Below, piece after piece: positions 43,500 through 53,493 of a stretch of DNA of 64,000 nucleotides (position 1 is its first letter; every line of letters starts with the position of its first letter). Source of the stretch: Candidatus Lustribacter sp. (GTDB taxonomy: Bacteria; Vulcanimicrobiota; Vulcanimicrobiia; Vulcanimicrobiales; Vulcanimicrobiaceae); contig OZ255842.1 in NCBI GenBank assembly GCA_965277805.1, positions 2,560,001-2,624,000 on the forward strand, read 5' to 3'. Both the position numbers and the translations under genes were made by a program. A model generated the notes under the pieces. It was given only the letters and a program-made list of their open reading frames with translations, was not told the DNA's origin and searched no databases.

Positions 43500-44410
43500 T
43501 GCGCCGCGAGCAGCTCGGCGAGGCGCAGCGCGCCGATCGCCGCCCCGTCGCCGCCGCGCAAAATCGACGCGCCGGGCAGTTCGTTGATGATGCGCAGCTC
43601 GAGCAAGTACGAGAGCAAGCTGTTCTCGCCGAACAAACCGCCGGCGAGCGCCACCGACGGCGACGCTTCCTTCAGGTCGCTTGCGCGCGCAACATCGCGA
43701 ATCAGATCGCCGAGATCCGACGCCGTCGTCTGCACCAGTTTCGTCGCCACGCGATTGCCCTTACCCGCAAACGCGATGATGGCCGGCGCGAGCGCGGCGA
43801 TCGTGGCAGGCACGAGCGGAGCATCGTAGAGCGCGCGCAAGTACGCATCGCGATCCGGCGCATCGAGCGCGCGCGCGACCAGATCGGTCGTTTCGTCGGC
43901 CTTCGCGCGCCCGTCGAGCACGCGCCCGTACAACTTCACCGCCGCCATGCCGAGCGCGAAGGCCGACCCTTCGTCGCCGGCGAGATAGCCGAGCCCGCCG
44001 ACGCGCACCCGGCGCTCGCCGTTCTCCGCGTAGGCGATCGAACCGGTGCCCGCGATCAAGACGATCCCGGGGCCTTCGGGAATCGCTGCACGCAGCGCGA
44101 TCGCCGCGTCGTCTCCCGCCGACACACGGCAATCGGAAAAGGCGCTGCCGATCAGTTCTTCCAGCGCGCCGGCCACGGATGCCCGGCCTGCGCCGGCGGC
44201 GCCGATGACGATGGCGGCCGGTTTGCGGTGGTCGAGCGCCTTGCGCACCACCTGAACGATCGCATCGGCCGCGTCGTCGACCCCGAGCGTCGTGGCGTTG
44301 GCGCCCGGACCCTCAGCCGAACCGGCCGGCGTGCCGTTTTCCGACACGGCGGCCCGGGTCGTCGTTCCACCGGCGTCGACGCCGACCGCGATCAAATCAC
44401 TCATCTTCAC
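43496..44410 (-). CDS. BadF/BadG-family GlcNAc/MurNAc kinase (MurK-like)
   Basis: GVDAGGTTT, IAGTGS, GGLGYLAGDEGS. Confidence 0.88.
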   Translation of the reverse strand: MKMSDLIAVGVDAGGTTTRAAVSENGTPAGSAEGPGANATTLGVDDAADAIVQVVRKALDHRKPAAIVIGAAGAGRASVAGALEELIGSAFSDCRVSAGDDAAIALRAAIPEGPGIVLIAGTGSIAYAENGERRVRVGGLGYLAGDEGSAFALGMAAVKLYGRVLDGRAKADETTDLVARALDAPDRDAYLRALYDAPLVPATIAALAPAIIAFAGKGNRVATKLVQTTASDLGDLIRDVARASDLKEASPSVALAGGLFGENSLLSYLLELRIINELPGASILRGGDGAAIGALRLAELLAAQ

Positions 44411-45554
44411 TCATCGTGGGCTTCTTCCGCACGGACCCTCGCGATCAATGCTGCGAGCCCCGCCGGCGCGATCGACCCCAGCACCCGCGGTCCCCGCGCG
44501 CCGGTGACGTGCGGCAATCCCGCCGCCCGTTCGCGCAGCGTCTCGTACCCGAGCAGCGCGAACGCGATCGCTTCCTTGGCGTCGGGATCGATGCCGTGGG
44601 CGGCCGATGACTCCACCGCGCCGGGCAGCGCCGCCCGCAAGCCGTCGAGGATCGCGCCGTTGTGCACGCCGCCGCCGCTGACGATCGTGCGCGCCGTCGC
44701 GGGCGCAACGCCCGCCATCGCCGCAGCGACGGTACGGATCGTCAACTCCGTCAGCGTGCGCACGGCATCGGCGAGTGACAGCGCATCGAGCGCCGCGCGA
44801 TGGCGGGCGACGAACGGCGCACCGAACTGCTCGCGGCCGGTCGACTTCGGCGGCCGGCGCGCGAAGTACGGATCGGCCAGCATCAGCGCGAGCAACGCTT
44901 CGTCGGCCGTGCCGGCGCGCGCCAACGTTCCGTCACGATCGAAGCGCGCCGCGCCGTCCGTGCGCAGCTCGACGTAGGTGTCGGCCGGCAAGTTTGCCGG
45001 ACCGCAGTCGAATGCGAGCACGTCGCCGGGCGCGGCGCCGGGGCGCAGCACGGTGAGGTTCGCAATGCCGCCGAGGTTCAGCGCGACGCGCGCTTCGCGT
45101 GCGTGCGCGAGCAACAGCGCATCGACGTAGGGCACGAGCGGCGCACCGGTCCCGCCGGCCGCTGTATCGGCGCTGCGAAAGTCGGCGATCACGGTTTTCC
45201 CGGTCGCCTCGCGAATGCGGAACGGATCGCCGATTTGCAGCGTATGGTGCGCGTCGCCGTCGTGCGCGAGCGTCAGCCCGTGCGACGCGACGAAGTCCAC
45301 GTCCTGAGCGCCGGCGGCGAGTGCGGCAACTCCGAATGCCTCGCCGACCTCGTCATGGAGTGCCGAAAACGCGAGCGCCGGCAGCGCCGCCGGCGGATAG
45401 GCGGCGAGATTCGCCCGCGCAACGCGGCCTCGAACGGGACCGTCGTGAACGCGAGCGTTTCCACCGCATAGCCGTGCGCGCGCGGATGGATCGCCACGCG
45501 CACGGCGTCGATTCCGTCGAGCGAGGTTCCGCACATCAAACCGATCGCGATCAC
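44407..45554 (-). pseudogene. anmK: Anhydro-N-acetylmuramic acid kinase with apparent 1-nt frameshift near 45408
   Basis: IGLMCGTSLDGID is in one frame; SHG, DFRSAD..AGGTGAPL, NLGGIAN, PKSTGRE, KEAIAFA are in another. Confidence 0.85.
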
Positions 45555-46537
45555 GGCGCGAACTCCGCCACGGCGGCATCGCACAGCGCGGCGCGGACGT
45601 CGCGCAGATCGTGGCGCCCGAAGTGCACGGCGTTGGTCAAGATGACGACGTTGAGATCGCGTTGCGGATCGGCCCAGATGCACGTTCCGGTGAAGCCCGT
45701 ATGGCCGAACGTCTCCATCGACATGCGCGCGCCGCACGAGTTCTCGTCGCTCGTCTTCAGCGCCCAGCCCAATCCGCGCCGCAGCACCGCATCCGGCGCC
45801 GCTTCGGTCGTCGCCTCGAGCGCGAGCGCCGCCGGCAACGGCGACGGACGGCCGAAACGGGGCGCGAGATACCACTCTCCCAGCCGCGCCACGTCGAGCG
45901 CGTGTGCGAACAGGCCGGCATGACCGGCAACGCCGCCCGCCAGCGCCGCCTTCTCATCGTGCACGCGGCCCTGGACGAGGCCGCGCCACGCATCGCGTTC
46001 GGTCGCCGGCACGTCCTCGCGGCGCGCGTTCCGCGCAAACGTCACGCGCTCGCTGCCGAGCGCGCGCAACTCGCCTTCGATCAGCGGCTCGAGTGCGGTG
46101 GACGTGCGCGCGGCCAGCGCCGCGCCCAGCGCGAGAAAACCCAAGTCGCTGTACACGACGCGTTCGCCCGGCGCGGCAACGAGTGGTTCACGCAGCGCGA
46201 ACGTTTCGATGTGCTCGTCCAAGAGCGTGCGGTAGTCGGCCCCGCTGCGAAAACCGCCGGTGTGGGCGAGGATCATGCGCAGCGTGCTCGCACCCACCAG
46301 CGGCTCGTCGAGAGTGAGGACGCCGCGCGCAACGAGCGCCAGCGCGACCGTGGCGACGAACACCTTCGTGATCGACGCGATATCGAAACGCGTATCGACA
46401 TACGCGCTGCCGCCGCCGTCGTCGCGCAACGTTCCGACGGCCCGTTCGTACACGGCGCGCCCGCCGCGTTCGATCCGTACGACGGCCGCACTGTAGCGCG
46501 TGCCGACATGCGCCGCCAGCAGAGCGTCGACGATCAG
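45551..46537 (-). CDS. Beta-lactamase-family serine hydrolase (AmiE/NamA-like amidase candidate)
   Basis: FDIASITK (SxxK), YSDLG, VHDEKA, GHAGLF, FGHTGFTGT. Confidence 0.88.
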   Translation of the reverse strand: MIVDALLAAHVGTRYSAAVVRIERGGRAVYERAVGTLRDDGGGSAYVDTRFDIASITKVFVATVALALVARGVLTLDEPLVGASTLRMILAHTGGFRSGADYRTLLDEHIETFALREPLVAAPGERVVYSDLGFLALGAALAARTSTALEPLIEGELRALGSERVTFARNARREDVPATERDAWRGLVQGRVHDEKAALAGGVAGHAGLFAHALDVARLGEWYLAPRFGRPSPLPAALALEATTEAAPDAVLRRGLGWALKTSDENSCGARMSMETFGHTGFTGTCIWADPQRDLNVVILTNAVHFGRHDLRDVRAALCDAAVAEFAP

Positions 46538-48051
46538 ATCGTCACCGGCAGGCGGCCCAACGCGTTCGCCCGTCCCGAGAGCACGTCGGCGCATCCCGCA
46601 AACGCCACCGCATCGTCGCCGTAGATGCACGCGACCGTGCGCGCGGCCGGCCAGAGCTGCGCGTCGTAGGGTTCGGCGCACGACACGATCGCCGCATCCG
46701 GGATCACGCCGAGGATCCGTTCGACGGCGCGCGTCTGCAGCGGGTGCAGGTGCGCGCGCCGCGTGGTGATGACGAAGTTGCGATCGCCGAGCGACGGCAG
46801 GTAGCCGAGCAGCAAGTCCACATCGTCGTCATCCGGATCGAGCGCGACGCGCATGACCTCGCTCTTCCAGCGCCGCGCGCGCAGCGCCGTGCTGAGCGAG
46901 GGCCGTTCGATGCGCACTCCGCCGGCGCCGTCGAACGTCTCGCCCTCGAACGAAATCACGGTCACCGCGCGTTCGTCGCGCAAACGCAAATCGCCGCGCA
47001 GCACCGTCACCGCGCGCTGCGCAGCGGTCAGCGGCAGATCGGGGCCGAATTCGCCGCCGTACGGCCGCGGCGTTGCATACCGTTCGCGCAACGCCCGCAC
47101 GCGATCCGCCGCCTCGCGCAACCGCTCGAGCGAGAGCGTTCCCGCCTTCACGGCCGCGACGATCGCATCCGCCGCTTCGTTCGCCAGCGCGAGCGAATGA
47201 CTCACCAGCAGCAGATCGGCGCCGGCCACCAGCGCCGCGACGGCCGCGGCGACCGTACCCGGTGCGCGCGCGATCGCGTCCATCTGCAGACAATCGGTGC
47301 ACGCCACGCCCTCGAAGCCGAGTTCGTCGCGCAACAGCCCGGTGAGGATGCGCGGCGACAGCGACGCCGGCAGTAACGGGTCGAGCGCGTCGACGACGAC
47401 GTGCGCTGCCATCACGATCTCCGCGGCCCCGCCCGAGATGCACGCCGCGAACGGCTGCAGATCGCGCGCGCGCAACGTCGCCTCGTCGAGTTCGACGTGC
47501 GGCAGTGCGAGGTGCGAGTCGACGGTGGTCGAGCCGTGGCCCGGAAAATGTTTGAGCGCCGCCGCGACGCCGCCCGTCTCGAGCCCGCGCGCGAACGCGC
47601 CCGCGAAACGCCCGACCATCAGCGGATCGCTGCCGTAGGCGCGCGTACCGATCACGGTATTGGCCGGCTCGACCGCGCAGTCCGCAACCGGCGCGAAATC
47701 GACGCTGATCCCAAGCCGCGCGAGATCGCGCCCGAGCAACATGCCCAGCCGTTCGCAGGCCGCGACATCGCCCGCCGCGCCGACCGCCATCGCTGCCGGC
47801 AACTGCGCGACAGCATCGCCGATGCGCGCGACCCGGCCGCCTTCTTGATCGACCGCGATCAACGGCGGCAGCGGCGTCAGCGCGCGCAACTCCGCGACGA
47901 GCGCGCGCAGCGCGTCGGCCGGACCGGTATTCCGCCCAAATAAGATCACGGCGCCCGGCGCGAACGCGCGCAGCTCGGCGAGCGGCGCGTCTTCGACGCG
48001 ATTGCCGTCGAAGCCGACGGCGATGACGCTCCGGGCGAGGTCGAGCGTCAG
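46534..48051 (-). CDS. nagZ: GH3 beta-N-acetylhexosaminidase
   Basis: AVDQEGGRV, KHFPGHG...DSH, TDCLQMDAI. Confidence 0.93.
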   Translation of the reverse strand: MTLDLARSVIAVGFDGNRVEDAPLAELRAFAPGAVILFGRNTGPADALRALVAELRALTPLPPLIAVDQEGGRVARIGDAVAQLPAAMAVGAAGDVAACERLGMLLGRDLARLGISVDFAPVADCAVEPANTVIGTRAYGSDPLMVGRFAGAFARGLETGGVAAALKHFPGHGSTTVDSHLALPHVELDEATLRARDLQPFAACISGGAAEIVMAAHVVVDALDPLLPASLSPRILTGLLRDELGFEGVACTDCLQMDAIARAPGTVAAAVAALVAGADLLLVSHSLALANEAADAIVAAVKAGTLSLERLREAADRVRALRERYATPRPYGGEFGPDLPLTAAQRAVTVLRGDLRLRDERAVTVISFEGETFDGAGGVRIERPSLSTALRARRWKSEVMRVALDPDDDDVDLLLGYLPSLGDRNFVITTRRAHLHPLQTRAVERILGVIPDAAIVSCAEPYDAQLWPAARTVACIYGDDAVAFAGCADVLSGRANALGRLPVTI

Positions 48052-48386
48052 CGCATCCTGATGATCTGCGCGACGTAGCTCCCGCCCGCAATGCTGCACA
48101 GGATCTGCACGCGCTGACCGGGCTTGAGATCGGTGAACGCATGGTAGCCCGCGTCTTTGCCTTGAATGCTGGTCGACGGCATCACGCTCACGACGATGTG
48201 GCCGCGGCCCTGCGCGTCGACGCCGAGCATGCTCCGCTGATAATCGATCGTGGTCACGCGCCCGTTGATCGTGCCGCCGTTGTGCACTTGATCGGTACCG
48301 CCGGCCGGCGCCGCCGTGGGATCGGCCAGCGCCGTGAGCGGAAGCATGACGAGTCCCAGCGCGAGTATGAATCGTCGAAGCATCAC
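48048..48386 (-). CDS. Secreted hypothetical protein (DUF5666/OB-fold-like)
   Basis: Signal peptide; GRVTTID...DLKPGQRV...A.IIR pattern. Confidence 0.6.
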   Translation of the reverse strand: MMLRRFILALGLVMLPLTALADPTAAPAGGTDQVHNGGTINGRVTTIDYQRSMLGVDAQGRGHIVVSVMPSTSIQGKDAGYHAFTDLKPGQRVQILCSIAGGSYVAQIIRMR

Positions 48387-48409
48387 ACCGTATAGAACGC
48401 AGGTACCCT

Positions 48410-48637
48410 TCAAGCCGTTTCCACCGCCGCGAGATAGGCCGCCCGCGCCTCGGGATCGCCGTTGCGGGCGGCGGTCAGAAGTCCCCGCAGCCGCAGCACG
48501 CCCTCGTCGTCGACCGCCTCGCCGATCAGGGCCAAGCGCAAAGCGATCAGCGCCTCGTCCGCCACCCGCGGACCGAGCAGCTCGAGGGCGCGGTAAAACG
48601 CCTGGGCGCGGGGCGCCGGTTGCCGGTCGGCCAGCAC
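48410..48637 (-). CDS. Small helical hypothetical protein
   Basis: 75 aa with protein-like composition and host codon usage. Confidence 0.5.
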   Translation of the reverse strand: MLADRQPAPRAQAFYRALELLGPRVADEALIALRLALIGEAVDDEGVLRLRGLLTAARNGDPEARAAYLAAVETA

Positions 48638-48704
48638 CGCCGCAACGGCCTGGTCTTTCGAAGGCCGGCCGTCGAGCAGATACCCGTCAATGGGGTGAAG
48701 GGCC

Positions 48705-48971
48705 TTAATCGAGGTCCGCTTCGAGGGCTTCGGCCGTACGCTGCATGACGCGCGCGAGCAAGGCGATTGCGCCGGCGCGATTCGTGTTCAGCAGCATGTA
48801 CTGCATCCGATCGTTGGGATGCAGAACGACGAAAATACCTTTGCTCCCCGTCGTGATCGACTTCAAGATTCGATCGACGAAGGCGCGGTCTTCAGCATCA
48901 AGCTGGACCGTCGCCTCTTCTTCGGCGAGCATATCCTTGAGAAAGGTATCGAGATTGCTGGGGACTTCCAT
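48705..48971 (-). CDS. Hypothetical protein
   Basis: 88 aa, protein-like composition; GAGGG upstream of ATG. Confidence 0.65.
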   Translation of the reverse strand: MEVPSNLDTFLKDMLAEEEATVQLDAEDRAFVDRILKSITTGSKGIFVVLHPNDRMQYMLLNTNRAGAIALLARVMQRTAEALEADLD

Positions 48972-49062
48972 GTGCGAAATGCAACCCTCACAAAGGGACG
49001 TACTGAGAATATCATCGGCGTGTCGAGTCCGGCACTTAAGCCCGGCTCATAGGGCGCTCGCT

Positions 49063-49071
49063 TGCTACAAT
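49063..49071 (+). promoter_or_regulatory. Extended -10 promoter element for the BON gene
   Basis: TGCTACAAT about 55 nt upstream of ATG 49125. Confidence 0.5.
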
Positions 49072-49124
49072 TTCGGGCCGATTGCGCACGGGACCCGGCC
49101 CGCCGCGACGGGTAAAAGACGGCT

Positions 49125-49688
49125 ATGAAGCGCGCTCTTCTCCCCCTCGTAGCTGCCGTGGCTCTCGCGGGAGCCGGCTGCAGCAGCTCGACCCAGAACG
49201 CCCCCGGCCCTTCGGTGACACAGGTCGAGGGGATCGCCAACGACGCCTTGCTCGCGACCGAGGTCAAGGCCAAGCTGATCACGGTCGATGTCAATTCCAC
49301 GGCCTCGCTAGGCGTCCACGTCTCGGGCGGTGTCGCGACCCTCACCGGGGCGGTTCGAACGCCCGCAGCGCGGGCCAAGACCGTAGCTGCCGCGCGTTCG
49401 GTCAAGGGCATCACCGAGGTGGTCGATCAGCTGCGGGTCGATCCCAACGTGCCCGACGTCGGGCAACGGCTGGGCGAGGCCGGTCAGCAGCTGAGCGACG
49501 CCGCGTTGGCCGGGCGGATCGCCGGGGCGATCTTCACCCAGACCGGCAAGGGCGTCAAGGTCGACGTCCACGACGGCGCCGTGACCCTGCGCGGCAACAT
49601 CGTCGATCCGAAGGTGCGCACGGCAGCGGTGGACACCGCTCGCAATACGAGCGGTGTCCGTTCCGTGACCGACGACATGGGCACCTAA
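49125..49688 (+). CDS. Dual-BON-domain lipoprotein (OsmY-like)
   Basis: Lipobox LAGAGC; two BON repeats (DALLATEVKAKL...GVATLTG; DAALAGRI...GAVTLRG). Confidence 0.9.
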   Translation: MKRALLPLVAAVALAGAGCSSSTQNAPGPSVTQVEGIANDALLATEVKAKLITVDVNSTASLGVHVSGGVATLTGAVRTPAARAKTVAAARSVKGITEVVDQLRVDPNVPDVGQRLGEAGQQLSDAALAGRIAGAIFTQTGKGVKVDVHDGAVTLRGNIVDPKVRTAAVDTARNTSGVRSVTDDMGT

Positions 49689-49695
49689 TGCCGGG

Positions 49696-50909
<1,214 letters not shown>

Positions 50910-50913
<4 letters not shown>

Positions 50914-51641
50914 GATATTGTCATCCCGAGCTTGTCGAGGGAAAGCGGCGTCGCGGGCGCGGCCGTATCCGAGAGGATGTGGCCGTCGCGGAACGTGACG
51001 GTACGTTTGGCGAAGGCGGCGACGTCCGGCTCGTGCGTGACGAGCATGATCGTGATGCCGCGTTCGTCGTTGAGTTTGCGGAAGAGCTGCATGATGTCGT
51101 TGGTCGAGCGCACGTCGAGCGCACCCGTCGGCTCATCCGCGAGAATGAGCTTCGGGCTGTTCACGAGCGAGCGCGCGATCGCGACACGCTGCTGCTGTCC
51201 GCCGGAAAGTTGGTTGGGATGATGCTGCGCGTATTTAAGCAGACCGACTTCATCGAGCGCGGAGAGCGCCGCAGCGCGGCGTTCTTTCTCGCCGATGCCC
51301 GCGTAGAGCATCGGCAGTTCGACGTTTTCGACCGCGCTCGTCCGCGGCAGCAAGTTGTAGGCTTGGAAGACGAAGCCCATCTCGCGGCTGCGGATATCGG
51401 CGAGGCTGTCTTCCGGCAGTTCGGTTACATCATGCCCGTTGAAGGCATAGTAGCCCGAGGTCGGCCGGTCGAGAAATCCGACGATGTGCATGAAGGTCGA
51501 CTTGCCCGAACCCGACGGTCCCATGACGGCGACGAACTCCCCGGGATCGATCGTGAGATCGACCCCGGCCAGCGCGATCACCGGCTCTTCGAGGAGCGGG
51601 TAGACGCGGCGCAAGTTGCGGACTTCGACAACGCTGTCCAT
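50910..51641 (-). CDS. MacB/LolD-type ABC ATP-binding protein
   Basis: GPSGSGKST, LSGGQQQRVAIAR, ADEPTGALD, VTHE. Confidence 0.95.
50920..50942 (+). repeat. Palindromic REP-like element, copy 3, inside the ATPase coding end
   Basis: GTCATCCCGAGCTTGTCGAGGGA identical to 424-446; encodes SLDKLGMT on the minus strand. Confidence 0.8.
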
Positions 51642-53353
51642 TAGTGGATCCCCCGCATCGCGCCGCCACCGCCGCCGGAACCGCCGGCAAGCGGATTGGC
51701 TGCAGCTTGGGTGCGCGGTGCGCGAGCCGGCGCGGTCGCGCCGCCGCCGGTGACCACTTGGTCACCAGCGGCGAGCGTCGCGTCGCCTGCGGGAGCGACC
51801 GCGGCTTGCGTGCCCGAGACCAGCGTGATGCTGACGGGGACACGAACCAGTTTGCCGTCGCGCTGGACGAACACGTGGCCTTGCGAACCCGCGACGATCG
51901 CGGTGGACGCGGAGCCCGTGGTGTTGCCCCACGGCGCGGCATTGGCCGGTGCAGCGCTGCCCGCTTTGGCCGCGGGACGCGTGCCCGTTGCTCCGGCAGC
52001 GCGTTTGTGCGTGCCGTTGAACGAGGGCTGGAACGAGAGCGCACTGAGCGGCACCACGAGCGCGTTGGACGCTTTCTGGACGTCGATCGTCGCGTTGGCG
52101 GTCATGCCGGGAAGCAGCGCTTGATCGTTGTTGTCGACGAGCACGACGGTGGTGTAGGTAACGACGTTCGAGGTGATGACCGGGTTCTTGCGCACTTGCG
52201 AGACCACGCCGTGGAACGTGCGGTTCGGGAACGCGAGCACCGTGAAGTCCACGTTCTCACCGTTTTTCACCGAACCGATGTCCGGTTCACCGACGGCGAG
52301 ATCGACTTCCATCTTGCTCAGATCTTGCGCGATCGCGAAGAGCGTCGGCGTTTGGAGGCTTGCGGCAACCGTCGTACCGACCGACACGTCACGCGCGATC
52401 ACGGTGCCGTCGACGGGCGACTTGATCACGCTGTTGGCGAGATTCGTCTCCGCCGTTTGCACGTTGGCTTCTTGAATGCCGATGGCCGCGCTGCTGGCTT
52501 GCGCCGTATCCGCACTGCCGGCTGCGGCAACGTGCGCCGCTGCGATCGCATCGGTTTGCGACGTCGTTTGAGCGATGCTCGCCTGCGCTTGAGCCGAACT
52601 CGCCGCGGCTTGGCTGCGCGCTTGCTGCGCGGCCGTTTGGGCGGCTTGAACGGCGCTCTGCGCCGCGACCAGGTTGGACTTGTCGTTGTCGACCGTGGCT
52701 TGCGCGACGTAGCCTTGCGCGAGCAAGCCGTTGTCGCGGGTCACGGTCAACTGCGCGACTTGCAGCGCGCTCTGCGCTTTGGTCACGCCGGAATCGGCAC
52801 TCGCGATCGCTTGCTGGCTCGAGAGCGCCGTGGCTTGCGCGGCCTTCGCGGTGGCGGCCGCAACTTGCGCCGCGGCGTTTGCGCTATCGATGCCGATGTT
52901 CGCGCCGGTCGCGCTGTTTTGCGCGGCGGCGGCTTGGGCTTCGGATTGCGCGAGTTGGGCCTTAGCGGAATTGAGCTGTGCCTGTAGCGCGGTCGGATCG
53001 AGACGCGCCAAGACTTGGCCCTTTTTTACTTTAGAGTTGTAGTCGACGTCGACTTCGCTCACGGTACCTGAAACTTGCGTACCGACGTTGATCGTGTTTT
53101 GCGGGTTCACGGTACCCGTTGCCGAGACAGTCTGCACGAGATCCTGTTGGGCGACGGGGGTCGTGACGTACGCAACCGAGCCCGAAGTACGGGCCCGGAA
53201 CACGAGCACGCCGGTGACGACGAGGGCGACGACGAGCACAACCGCGGCGATCGCTCGCCACGGCCGCTTCGACCAGCGCTTGGGGTCCAGAAGAATGGTC
53301 TCAACGCGGCTGCTGGTTTGCCCGTTGGATGATGGACGGTCGAGGATTTTCAT
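51641..53353 (-). CDS. MacA-like efflux periplasmic adaptor with long Ala/Gln hairpin
   Basis: ATGTVNP...VGTQVSG, SPVDGTVI, LQTPTLF, LLPGMTA. Confidence 0.92.
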   Translation of the reverse strand: MKILDRPSSNGQTSSRVETILLDPKRWSKRPWRAIAAVVLVVALVVTGVLVFRARTSGSVAYVTTPVAQQDLVQTVSATGTVNPQNTINVGTQVSGTVSEVDVDYNSKVKKGQVLARLDPTALQAQLNSAKAQLAQSEAQAAAAQNSATGANIGIDSANAAAQVAAATAKAAQATALSSQQAIASADSGVTKAQSALQVAQLTVTRDNGLLAQGYVAQATVDNDKSNLVAAQSAVQAAQTAAQQARSQAAASSAQAQASIAQTTSQTDAIAAAHVAAAGSADTAQASSAAIGIQEANVQTAETNLANSVIKSPVDGTVIARDVSVGTTVAASLQTPTLFAIAQDLSKMEVDLAVGEPDIGSVKNGENVDFTVLAFPNRTFHGVVSQVRKNPVITSNVVTYTTVVLVDNNDQALLPGMTANATIDVQKASNALVVPLSALSFQPSFNGTHKRAAGATGTRPAAKAGSAAPANAAPWGNTTGSASTAIVAGSQGHVFVQRDGKLVRVPVSITLVSGTQAAVAPAGDATLAAGDQVVTGGGATAPARAPRTQAAANPLAGGSGGGGGAMRGIH

Positions 53354-53460
53354 GATGGGTTGCCCGCAGAAAGTATTCTGAAGGGTCAACGCCCGCACGC
53401 TCGCCTACGTGCTTAAGCCAGGATGAGGGTCTACCGTCAAGACCCTGGCAATTCGGTAAG

Positions 53461-53483
53461 GCCCGCCGTTACAAACGGCGGGC
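53461..53483 (-). terminator. Hairpin downstream of the RND gene (probable terminator)
   Basis: GCCCGCCGTT-ACA-AACGGCGGGC, perfect 10-bp stem 10 nt after the stop; U-tract weak. Confidence 0.6.
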
Positions 53484-53493
53484 GCTTACTTGC

